From contig CAZXTJ010000001.1 in the NCBI GenBank assembly GCA_964643655.1, forward strand, positions 1 to 50,263: a stretch of 50,263 nucleotides of DNA. The letters run 5' to 3'. Below the pieces are notes generated by a model. The model worked only from the letters and a program-made list of their open reading frames with translations. It was not told the origin of the DNA and did not search any database. This DNA is from an uncultured bacterium (GTDB lineage: Bacteria > Muiribacteriota > UBA6191 > CAZXTJ01). Made by a program: the position numbers and the translations under genes. Positions 33,007-40,833 of this stretch are shown in pieces. Numbering within the stretch: the first letter of the stretch is position 1; every line of letters starts with the position of its first letter.

Positions 33007-34554
33007 TTATTGAGGAGGCATGAGGTATGAAGACAAAGAACGAACGATTTCGCCAGGTGATGTCAAACCGGAAGAGAGTAATCTCAAGCCGTCTTGCCAA
33101 TAGGTTTTGAAACCATCTTCCTTGGCAGCTTCCATGAGAGCTTCATAACAAGCTTCTTTGGTCAGCTGTTTGGCCAATTTACCCGTCATTGGTAAAAACT
33201 CGTGAACAGCAACCCTTCCTTTGAAACCACCAGAACATTTGTCACAGCCCATTGGTAGATAAAGCTCTTCAGCTTTGAGTTCACATTCACTCTCGAGTAG
33301 TTCCTGAGCCATTTCTAAATCTGCATGTTCAGACAATTCACTCATGGCTTTTCTGCAATGTAGGCAGAGTTTACGCACTAGACGCTGCCCAATTATGGCC
33401 TGTAAACCATCTGCCAATACAGGAGCTTTGAGACCAACTTCCAGCAGACGTAACAAAGAACCAATGGCATCTTTGCCATGTATAGAAGTGAATACTTTGT
33501 GGCCTGCCAAGGCAGATTGTAAAAGGATCTCCGCTGTCTCAAAATCTCGTATCTCGCCAGCGCAAATGACATCTGGATCAGAACGAAGAGCCGCCGAGAG
33601 ACCTTTACGAAAGGTTAGACCAATGGAGATGTTCACAGGCAATTGTTGAATTCCAGGAAGGCACAACTCAACGGGATCTTCGATGGAGAAAACTTTCTTT
33701 TCAGGTGCTGAAGTCTCTGCCAAAAGGGAGTACAAAGTGGTGGTTTTCCCAGAACCTGTCGGTCCTGAGACGACGACCATTCCGTGAGGATGGTGGGCAA
33801 TTCTTTTTACTGACTGCAGCACTTCATCACTCTGGAAGATGACGTCCAAAGAAGGAATGTCTGCCAAAGTCCATCTTGGGAGCAGTCTTATCGTTGCTGA
33901 TTCACCAGTCATCAAGGGCACTACGCAGAGGCGCATTGTCAATGGGCCACCTTCGGGAGTGAGCCTTGCTCGTCCATCTTGGGGAAGTCTGTGTTCAGCA
34001 GGATCACATTTGAACATGTATTTGGCTGCAGCCAACAGTTGCTGCAGCTCATCCTTTGATAGCTCTTGATGATGGGTGAGCAATCCATCAACACGAAATC
34101 GAATGGCCCCTCCATCAAGGGTCGAGTCGAAATGGATGTCACTTGCTCCTTTTTCTGCACCGAGTAAACACAGTTTCACAAGCCAAGCCAGTCCACTGGG
34201 TTCGAAAGAAAGAGCAGTAGATTTTCCTTTGTTCTCATTGGGTTCGAGCAGTCCTTCAGACACTCTGTCTGCTATCTGAGGTAAGAGTACGTCGAGATTT
34301 CCTTGTCGTTCTCCTGCTGCAATCATTTCTATTGTCAGTGGATTGAAAAGAGTGTCATGTTTGGCCAAGAGAGCGGATAGATTTTGTCCCTCTCTCAGTC
34401 CTTCAGAGAGCAATGCTGGAATTTCTGTATAGGGTTCAACAAGAGGATCTTGTGCGAAACTATCGAGGGCGTCAGCCAAGGGTACGCCAGCACCTATGAG
34501 GGCCCCCAGTTTTTTGAAGAACATTGAAACGGTCTTTCTGTTGGACATTTCCAT
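33007..34554 (-). CDS. GspE/PilB-family secretion ATPase with an N-terminal GspF/PilC-like cytoplasmic domain
   Basis: 515 aa. Residues ~10-95 (FFKKLGALIGAGVPLADALDSF...GQNLSALLAKHDTLFNPLTIEMIAAGERQGNLDVLLPQIADRV) fit the T2SS-F domain pattern. The core shows GASDIHF, LPQDGR, Walker A SGPTGSGKTTT, Asp box SIEDPVE, Walker B DPDVICAGEIRD, His box TSIHG, and tetracysteine CLHC...CDKC. Confidence 0.85.
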   Translation of the reverse strand: MEMSNRKTVSMFFKKLGALIGAGVPLADALDSFAQDPLVEPYTEIPALLSEGLREGQNLSALLAKHDTLFNPLTIEMIAAGERQGNLDVLLPQIADRVSEGLLEPNENKGKSTALSFEPSGLAWLVKLCLLGAEKGASDIHFDSTLDGGAIRFRVDGLLTHHQELSKDELQQLLAAAKYMFKCDPAEHRLPQDGRARLTPEGGPLTMRLCVVPLMTGESATIRLLPRWTLADIPSLDVIFQSDEVLQSVKRIAHHPHGMVVVSGPTGSGKTTTLYSLLAETSAPEKKVFSIEDPVELCLPGIQQLPVNISIGLTFRKGLSAALRSDPDVICAGEIRDFETAEILLQSALAGHKVFTSIHGKDAIGSLLRLLEVGLKAPVLADGLQAIIGQRLVRKLCLHCRKAMSELSEHADLEMAQELLESECELKAEELYLPMGCDKCSGGFKGRVAVHEFLPMTGKLAKQLTKEACYEALMEAAKEDGFKTYWQDGLRLLSSGLTSPGEIVRSLSSYLMPPQ

Positions 34555-34575
34555 GCCTATTTCCTTTCTGCAAAA

Positions 34576-35022
34576 CTACTTCATAGAGTGAACACAGGCG
34601 GCGAGGGCCCTTCGTCTCGCCTGTGCTTCTTCCTCTTCAATCCACTTCAGCAAACTCTCGCGCCTTATACGCATGTGTTCACCAAAATAGAAAAAAGGTA
34701 ACTGCTGACTCATCTCATAAACAGTAGCCACTGGAAGCTTGAGAAAGGTGGCTACATCTTCTGGGGTGAGAATGTCGTCTGCAGGCAATGTGTTGCCATA
34801 GATATTTGAATGAATCTTGTTCAGAACGTTAGAGAGCACTTCAGTGGAGGTATTCTCAGTCTTCCACTCATCTATCACTTCGTCCAGTTTTTCTAGTTGT
34901 GCACAACAATAGCTACAGTCAGCGCATGTCTCTAAATGCGAACGGAGGGAAAGACTCTCTTGGTCATCGAGCTCAGCTGCTAAAAATGCTGAAAGCTTGT
35001 CTTGCACTTCTTTGCAGTTCAC
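34576..35022 (-). CDS. Anti-sigma factor (zf-HC2) fused to an excisionase/MerR-type HTH, with no TM segment
   Basis: 148 aa. N-terminal CKEVQDKLSAFL...HLETCADC is Hx3Cx2C. The C-terminal LTPEDVATFLKLPVATVYEMSQQLPFFYFGEHMRIRRESLLKWIE fits the HTH_17 pattern. 1-nt overlap with the ECF sigma gene. Confidence 0.7.
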   Translation of the reverse strand: MNCKEVQDKLSAFLAAELDDQESLSLRSHLETCADCSYCCAQLEKLDEVIDEWKTENTSTEVLSNVLNKIHSNIYGNTLPADDILTPEDVATFLKLPVATVYEMSQQLPFFYFGEHMRIRRESLLKWIEEEEAQARRRALAACVHSMK

Positions 35023-35606
35023 TATTTCTGTCCTTTCGCTATGGTGGAAGAGTTGTTTCCCAGAAAATCACTCAAGCTGCGTGCGAGCTGTGCACGTGCG
35101 CGATGTAGATGTGTTTTGACGGTGCCCAAAGGTAACTCGAGAGCAGCTGCAATCTCTTCGTAGGAAAGCTCCTCCACCTGTCGTAAGACAAAAACAGCTC
35201 GCTGCTTATTCGGTAGAGTCTTCATTGCTTTGTTCAGGGCAACTTTGCCCTCTGCCAATTCCAGAACACTAGCAGGGCAGCCGCTTCTTGATTTGTTCTC
35301 TGTACTGCCTTTGATTACACGCAGATGAGGATGTCGCTTTTTCCTGTCGAGGGCATTCAAGCAAGTGTTGGTAGCAACCCTATACAACCAAGTAGAGAAT
35401 TTGGCTGTCGCTTTGTAATTTGGAGCTGCTTTGGCCACACGTATGAAAATCTCTTGGACCAGATCTTCAACTTCCACTTCTTGGCCTGCCGTCATTTTTC
35501 TTACATAACCAAAGAGTCTATTGGCATGGCGGTGGTATAACTCGTCAAAGGCGTCACGTCGCCCACGGCCAAAAAGAAGCATTAGTTGTTCATCAGAGAA
35601 GACCAT
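35022..35606 (-). CDS. ECF-type RNA polymerase sigma factor
   Basis: 194 aa. Region 2 (DAFDELYHRHANRLFGYV...DLVQEIFIRV...FSTWLYRVATN). Region 4 (LPNKQRAVFVLRQVEELSYEEIAAALELPLGTVKTHLHRAR). Confidence 0.9.
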   Translation of the reverse strand: MVFSDEQLMLLFGRGRRDAFDELYHRHANRLFGYVRKMTAGQEVEVEDLVQEIFIRVAKAAPNYKATAKFSTWLYRVATNTCLNALDRKKRHPHLRVIKGSTENKSRSGCPASVLELAEGKVALNKAMKTLPNKQRAVFVLRQVEELSYEEIAAALELPLGTVKTHLHRARAQLARSLSDFLGNNSSTIAKGQK

Positions 35607-35705
35607 TTGTCACCTTCCTGTACCATTGAACCAAGAAAGATGACTTTTGTTTCAAATTATTTTCTCTCTAGACACAATTTGTTTCCAGAAGTACTCTCGT
35701 AACTG

Positions 35706-36644
35706 ATGAACAGAATGAAATGTACTCGCTGTCGTGCTTATGCCGACTTTGCTCATGAGAGTCACAATGCCAAATATTGTGCTCCTTGTTTTAAGCACCA
35801 TTTTCTTCGCCAAACACAAAAAGCCATCGATGAACACGAAATGTTTTCACCGAAGGATAGAATTCTCGTGGCAGTATCTGGTGGCAAAGACAGCTTGGGT
35901 CTGTGGGCTGCCTTGTTACATCTAAAGTATGAGGTCGACGGCATATTCATTGATCTTGGTTTTGACGAAGTGTCTGCGAGGGCACAAAAGAGCTGTCAGG
36001 TCTTTGCTGACTATCATGGCCAAAACCTATACGTATTCTCTCTCGTCGATGAAGTTGGTAAAACTGTAGTGGAGTTGAAACGAGGTAGTGGCAAACCGAC
36101 CTGCGCCGTTTGTGGCTTAATCAAAAGGTACATCATCAACGGCGTTGCCAAAGCAGGTGCTTATGATTGTGTGACTACGGGACACAACCTTGATGACGAA
36201 ACCGCCAAACTATTGAGCAATGTCTTACGTTGGCGAGAACACCATTTGGCTCATCAAAGCCCCTTGTTGGCTGAACGTGACGGATTTGTGAGAAAAGCAA
36301 AACCCTTTTACCGTCTCGACCAAGAGGAGATACGCTATTGGAACAGATTGGAAGAGATTTCTTTCTATGCAGCCAAATGTCCCCACAGCAAAGGTGCAAC
36401 TTTGGATTATCACAATGAAGCACTGAGTTTGTTGGAAGAGAGAATGCCTGGAATTAAGCGAAACTTCCTCTACGGTTTCTTTTCAGGCGGACAGAAAGTG
36501 GTCCAAGGGGAAGAGAAAGAATCTCTTACCTGTCACAGTTGCGGCGAGACTTCAGTGAGCAACCTTTGTGTCTTCTGTCGTCTTTTGGCTGGAAAAGGGA
36601 AAAAGCCAGATTTTGCAAAATGGTGGAACAAGGTCAGTCTTTGA
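35706..36644 (+). CDS. PP-loop ATPase, TtuA/Ncs6-type tRNA 2-thiolation enzyme
   Basis: 312 aa. N-terminal Zn finger CTRC...CAPC. PP-loop VAVSGGKDS. Fe-S ligand candidates CAVC plus KCPHS. C-terminal Zn finger CHSC...CVFC. Confidence 0.75.
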   Translation: MNRMKCTRCRAYADFAHESHNAKYCAPCFKHHFLRQTQKAIDEHEMFSPKDRILVAVSGGKDSLGLWAALLHLKYEVDGIFIDLGFDEVSARAQKSCQVFADYHGQNLYVFSLVDEVGKTVVELKRGSGKPTCAVCGLIKRYIINGVAKAGAYDCVTTGHNLDDETAKLLSNVLRWREHHLAHQSPLLAERDGFVRKAKPFYRLDQEEIRYWNRLEEISFYAAKCPHSKGATLDYHNEALSLLEERMPGIKRNFLYGFFSGGQKVVQGEEKESLTCHSCGETSVSNLCVFCRLLAGKGKKPDFAKWWNKVSL

Positions 36645-37281
36645 TTACGCCCTGAATGATAATACGTTCACCTGTATTGGAAGCGTGAACAGTATCCAAA
36701 CCAGAGAGTACTTTTGAAGGAAATGCTTCTGGTTTGAGAATGAAACGGAAGGCTCTCTTCTGGCCAAAGATCGTTCCAATAGTTCCCAAGACAGGCACAA
36801 ATCCTTTTGTTTCCACTTCAAGGAAATCTGTCACCTTTTTACTCTTCACAAAAATGCCGAGCACCTGCAACAAGATGGATTTGGCAAACTTGAGGGAAAT
36901 GTCTTTACCCAAGTTGTTACCAGCATCTTGCAGTTGCATTTTATCGATGAGGAAATCGAAACGGTTGGGAGCAGCAAGGACGATGTTGCCGTTGAGAGAA
37001 AACTGAACGCGGCCCAAAGCTTTGGTTTTGACAATGCCTTTAAGCTCGACGGATTTATCTTCTGCCATTGAAACAGCGATTTGCTCCAGTGGACCATCAG
37101 TCATTTGCTGGCGTTTGACTACCATCTTGCCAAAGATTACGAACAATTTGTTCAAGCCACTTCTCGTCACTTCGATGGAGTAATCATATTGGCCGAGCGG
37201 TGTTCGGCTCATATCTGGATTAGCAGCTGCTGAAGAGACAGCAAAAGCTAAAACTAAGATGATGAATAAGCTGTTTTTCAT
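36634..37281 (-). CDS. Secreted protein of unknown function
   Basis: 215 aa. Signal peptide MKNSLFIILVLAFAVSSAAA. Beta-rich composition. 4-nt overlap with the upstream gene. Confidence 0.65.
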   Translation of the reverse strand: MKNSLFIILVLAFAVSSAAANPDMSRTPLGQYDYSIEVTRSGLNKLFVIFGKMVVKRQQMTDGPLEQIAVSMAEDKSVELKGIVKTKALGRVQFSLNGNIVLAAPNRFDFLIDKMQLQDAGNNLGKDISLKFAKSILLQVLGIFVKSKKVTDFLEVETKGFVPVLGTIGTIFGQKRAFRFILKPEAFPSKVLSGLDTVHASNTGERIIIQGVIKD

Positions 37282-38015
37282 AGTGCCTGCTCCGAAAAAC
37301 TCAAAAAGAGTTGGACCATACCATCACGAACACCAACGTGGCGAACGTCTACCTGTGGGAAAAGAGGAGAAAGTACATTTGGCAGTATACAAATCACGAC
37401 TTTGTTCTCTTCGATGTACATGACTTCGTCAACTCGGACGTCTCTCTTTTCTCCGAGCTTTTTACCAATGTCCTCTGTAATCTTTTCGAGCTTTTCCGAG
37501 GCTGCTCGCTCAATGCCAGGAGCAAGGAAGTCCAGAACTGCTCCGATGGGTTTGGGATCTTCTCTTTCCGATTTAAAGACCTCGACACCATTCAATTTGA
37601 CATTGGCTTCAATGATGTCAAAAACGACGTCTTTGGAGTTTTCAGCAGAGAGAGCACAACAGATTTTGAATTCAAAGTCTGCCGCTTTGGTCTGTTTAGA
37701 GGCTGGATTGTGGAAAACACCTTCTACACATGCAACTCCTTGTTCACCAAAGGAGATTGACATCGATTTGAGTTTTTTCCCAGAGGGACTGGGTTTTGCC
37801 TTTTTCAACCCAATGGATAAGAGCCGATTAACGAGTCTATCACTGGCCGATACGACGAGGTCGAAGTCCGTTGGAACTGAGGATCTGTCATCTGAGGTGA
37901 TGAAGCGGGAAGCGCCACCGGGAATCATGTTCAAGTCATCTGCATTGGGCGTTTGTGCGCTCAACAGACCTGGGAAAACCAATAAAGTGACTATTATGGC
38001 CAATATGTGTCTCAT
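37278..38015 (-). CDS. Secreted protein of unknown function
   Basis: I prefer ATG 38015, preceded by GGAGAG. It gives MRHILAIIVTLLVFPGLLSA/Q. The track start (TTG 38045) lies at the predicted transcription start of the sigma-54 promoter. Confidence 0.65.
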   Translation of the reverse strand: MRHILAIIVTLLVFPGLLSAQTPNADDLNMIPGGASRFITSDDRSSVPTDFDLVVSASDRLVNRLLSIGLKKAKPSPSGKKLKSMSISFGEQGVACVEGVFHNPASKQTKAADFEFKICCALSAENSKDVVFDIIEANVKLNGVEVFKSEREDPKPIGAVLDFLAPGIERAASEKLEKITEDIGKKLGEKRDVRVDEVMYIEENKVVICILPNVLSPLFPQVDVRHVGVRDGMVQLFLSFSEQAL

Positions 38016-38052
38016 TGTCTCTCCTAACTCAAAAATGGTCTGCAAATACTAT

Positions 38053-38068
38053 TGCAATGGTGTTGCCA
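38053..38068 (-). promoter_or_regulatory. Sigma-54 (-24/-12) promoter candidate for the 38015-36634 two-gene unit
   Basis: The minus strand reads TGGCAACACCATTGCA. GG-N10-GC spacing is exact and the -12 TTGCA is perfect. The -24 TGGCAa has one mismatch. The -12 C lies 38 nt upstream of ATG 38015. Confidence 0.65.
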
Positions 38069-38389
38069 GTATGGCGTCAATTGGCCAATGTTGCCTGTAT
38101 TGCTTCTTAATAGTTCATTTGGGCGTGATAGGATCATCTTCTCCTTTTGCTCAGACCCATGAAAATGTGTCTCATTTCGAACACAGTGTATCTTTTCTGG
38201 TATCTCTGTAATTTGTTCACTTTTTGAACGATCGGACTGTTCACTCATTGACCATTTGGTTGGAATGAACATGACATCATGGCCAAAAGGACCCTGTTTA
38301 TGCGCTTTTGATGGCTATTTCGTGGGTACTGCAGAATTGGCGTGACTCTTGATTAGAAGACCTTGTCTCTTTTAATCGAAAGGTCATAT

Positions 38390-40024
38390 ATGAAACGCCT
38401 CATTTGCACATTTATCCTTCTCGCCCTCATCACCTCTCCACTAATGGCAACTAGAGCCACTGTCTCCTCTTCCCGAAGCTCCTTCCGCGCTTGTTATCTG
38501 ACTTCCAAAGACATGGCTACAAATCTGGCCATTCTCTACAAAGGTGCTCAGTTGGAACTCATCGAGCAAGCAAGCAATGGCCGCTGGCAAGTAAGAGTGA
38601 ATACCTCTTCAGAGTTGGTCGTTCCTTATGGTCGCGCCCAAGGCGAAATGACAGGCTGGATTGCTGAAAGGTTCGTCAAGAAGGAAGAGTCTGAAACAAC
38701 TCCCTCTTCAGAAGACAATGGTACCAATGGTGATGTTGATTTGTTGGGCCAGGTCAGCGACCCAAATGGCCAAAGCAATACCAATACAACTCCTGAGGCC
38801 ACTTCTACTGAAGGAGCTGGTGTTTATTACCTCTTCACTAGCGAAGGCAACGACTCTGAGTGGTTCGACTTTTTGGCTTCAAATGGACAACCAGCTGGCA
38901 AACCAAACAATGTGTGGCGTCTGATCAGAAAAGATATTCAGGCTACAGGCCATAAATGTGAAGGTGTTGCTGTCATTCGAGTTGCCAAACCAAGGGAAGT
39001 CATTGATGTCTTGGCCAAAGGCAAAATTCCCACTAATGGGCTCAGCCCGGTGCCTGTATATAGTCGTGTACCTATTCATGCACTTTCAGAGCTGCAGCCT
39101 TCTGAGAAAAAAATCATTGGTTATGGAATTGTTGCCCACTCTGGTTCAGAAGGCCCTTTGCTCAACTACGGCGCTTCGAGGAATGAAGAAACTGGAGCTC
39201 TCGTGGGCCTGCAGCTCAACTGGACTTTCTTTCGTGAAGATATGTTGAAGAGCGGGGAAAAGACTCTTGGGAAAAGACTGTTGGATAAAGCTCATATCCG
39301 CCTATTTGGTTGTAACTCAGGGCACTGTGGATATTGGAAAGGTCGCCCTTCAATCTGTCATCATTTGGCAGCTGTTTATCAGGAGAAGAATGCTGTTGTG
39401 TCTGGAAAGCTCGCTTCAGGCAGTCCAAATGCCAGTGGTAGTTGGGCCTCTTTTGGTCTCAATAGTGCCAAAATGGCCACAAGACTAACTCCTGGGAAAA
39501 AAGAATACAAACTTCTGATTAATCGCCCCAAGGCATATGACCGTTTTGAAGTACCTGCAAAAGATGATGAAGAACGAGAAGCTATCTTAGAGTATTACCG
39601 TAGCCGTGACATCACTGTACACAGTCGAGAAAATGGTGTTGCTGTCAGAGCCCCATCCTCTAAGTGGCTTACCCGTAAAACCAAGAAAGACAACCTCTTG
39701 AAAACAGTTGTCCTGGCTATGAGCTCTGGAGATGAAGCTGTGTTGGCAGAGGCGAAAGCCAAAATGCCTCATATGGCCAAGTTTTTCGACAACACTAGTC
39801 TGCAGAATGCTATCAACGAAGTGAAAACAGACAACGATGGCAACTTGGACATTGATGACGGCAGAATTTGGTTTCAAGTTTATTATTGGACACTCGAGAA
39901 AAAGCAACGCAAGTGGAAATGTGCCCTACGCAACTGTTATTGCCAAGATCAGCACATAACAGAAGATTGGAAAACAAAAAGCAAAGATTCTCGTCGCCGT
40001 GCAGTTGGAGTACACTCTGATTAA
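38390..40024 (+). CDS. Secreted protein with an SH3b-like N-domain and a DUF4347-like His/Cys region
   Basis: ATG 38390 gives the signal peptide MKRLICTFILLALITSPLMA. The segment GAQLELIEQASNGRWQVRV...GWIAERFV is SH3b-like. GIVAHSGSEGPLL ... IRLFGCNSG resembles the HG..G / LYGCN pattern of DUF4347. Confidence 0.5.
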   Translation: MKRLICTFILLALITSPLMATRATVSSSRSSFRACYLTSKDMATNLAILYKGAQLELIEQASNGRWQVRVNTSSELVVPYGRAQGEMTGWIAERFVKKEESETTPSSEDNGTNGDVDLLGQVSDPNGQSNTNTTPEATSTEGAGVYYLFTSEGNDSEWFDFLASNGQPAGKPNNVWRLIRKDIQATGHKCEGVAVIRVAKPREVIDVLAKGKIPTNGLSPVPVYSRVPIHALSELQPSEKKIIGYGIVAHSGSEGPLLNYGASRNEETGALVGLQLNWTFFREDMLKSGEKTLGKRLLDKAHIRLFGCNSGHCGYWKGRPSICHHLAAVYQEKNAVVSGKLASGSPNASGSWASFGLNSAKMATRLTPGKKEYKLLINRPKAYDRFEVPAKDDEEREAILEYYRSRDITVHSRENGVAVRAPSSKWLTRKTKKDNLLKTVVLAMSSGDEAVLAEAKAKMPHMAKFFDNTSLQNAINEVKTDNDGNLDIDDGRIWFQVYYWTLEKKQRKWKCALRNCYCQDQHITEDWKTKSKDSRRRAVGVHSD

Positions 40025-40749
40025 TGAGACTTTTATTAATCATTCTGTTATCTCTCTTCGCCTCTTCTGCTTTTGCCTCAGACTTGGCCATGGCGAGAAA
40101 TGCCGAGCGTGTTTTTCGTGAAGCAGAGGGATTGGCAGAGCAAGGCGTCCACCACGAGGCCATAGATGCCTATTACCGAGCCATATCCATGGCCAAAGAT
40201 TATCGGTATTATGTGGGCCTTGGCCATTCACAAAAAGCCATTAAACAAGAAAAACTGGCCTTTTTCTCTTTTCGCAACGCTCTCGAGCTTTTACCCAAAG
40301 AACATATTGAGCGCCCAGCCATATTAGTGCTAATCGTGACAACGGCTCTAAACCTTGGCAGAGTAAAGGACCTGAAGACATATCTTCCAGAGCTCGAAGA
40401 AGTTGAACCGACTTTGGCCAAACTGTCTCGCTATCGTCTTTACTGCTGGCAAGGAGCCAAAGCACTGAAGGAGAAGAGGTTCAAAGAGGCCTATCGATGG
40501 TTCAAGAGGGCTAGGCCCTACAATCTGAACGATGGGCAGGCCATTGGTGGCTGCTGCGAGGCTCTCCTAAAACTGAACAAGATTTATAAAAAAGAGCAAA
40601 AACATAAAAAACGGCTACATGTTCTTTTGTTGTATAGCCGTCTACGCCCTTCACAGACGCTGAATGAACGTATTAGTGAAGTCTTTCAGCAGGCTGGTCG
40701 TCCAAGACGTTATCTGCAGGCAATTCGAGAACTCCGAGCTAGGCCATAG
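40024..40749 (+). CDS. Secreted TPR-like repeat protein
   Basis: 241 aa. The ATG overlaps the upstream TAA. Signal peptide LLLIILLSLFASSAFA. Helical repeats (AIDAYYRAISMAKDY, AFFSFRNALELLP). Confidence 0.6.
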   Translation: MRLLLIILLSLFASSAFASDLAMARNAERVFREAEGLAEQGVHHEAIDAYYRAISMAKDYRYYVGLGHSQKAIKQEKLAFFSFRNALELLPKEHIERPAILVLIVTTALNLGRVKDLKTYLPELEEVEPTLAKLSRYRLYCWQGAKALKEKRFKEAYRWFKRARPYNLNDGQAIGGCCEALLKLNKIYKKEQKHKKRLHVLLLYSRLRPSQTLNERISEVFQQAGRPRRYLQAIRELRARP

Positions 40750-40833
40750 ATCATGAGGGGCCACATGGAGTAGGATCCTCCCTGAAGTGGCTCGGAGACA
40801 CATTTTAAATGCGGAGGGCAGTGAAGTCTGGTA

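Noticed and set aside
35607-35705. ECF-type autoregulated promoter upstream of the sigma factor gene (GGAAAC and TGAAAC motifs on the minus strand).
   Set aside because: No -35/-10 pair with the expected 16-17-nt spacing and a CGT/TCTRA-like -10 could be aligned convincingly.
37402-38211. 269-aa + strand ORF overlapping the two secreted-protein genes. Similar long antisense ORFs occur at 41214-41675, 12549-12938, 13571-14128 and 3735-4244.
   Set aside because: These are shadow ORFs antisense to genes with clear signal peptides or domains. Their translations are low-complexity (Ser/Gly/Cys-rich), they lack an SD, and they contain no recognisable motifs.
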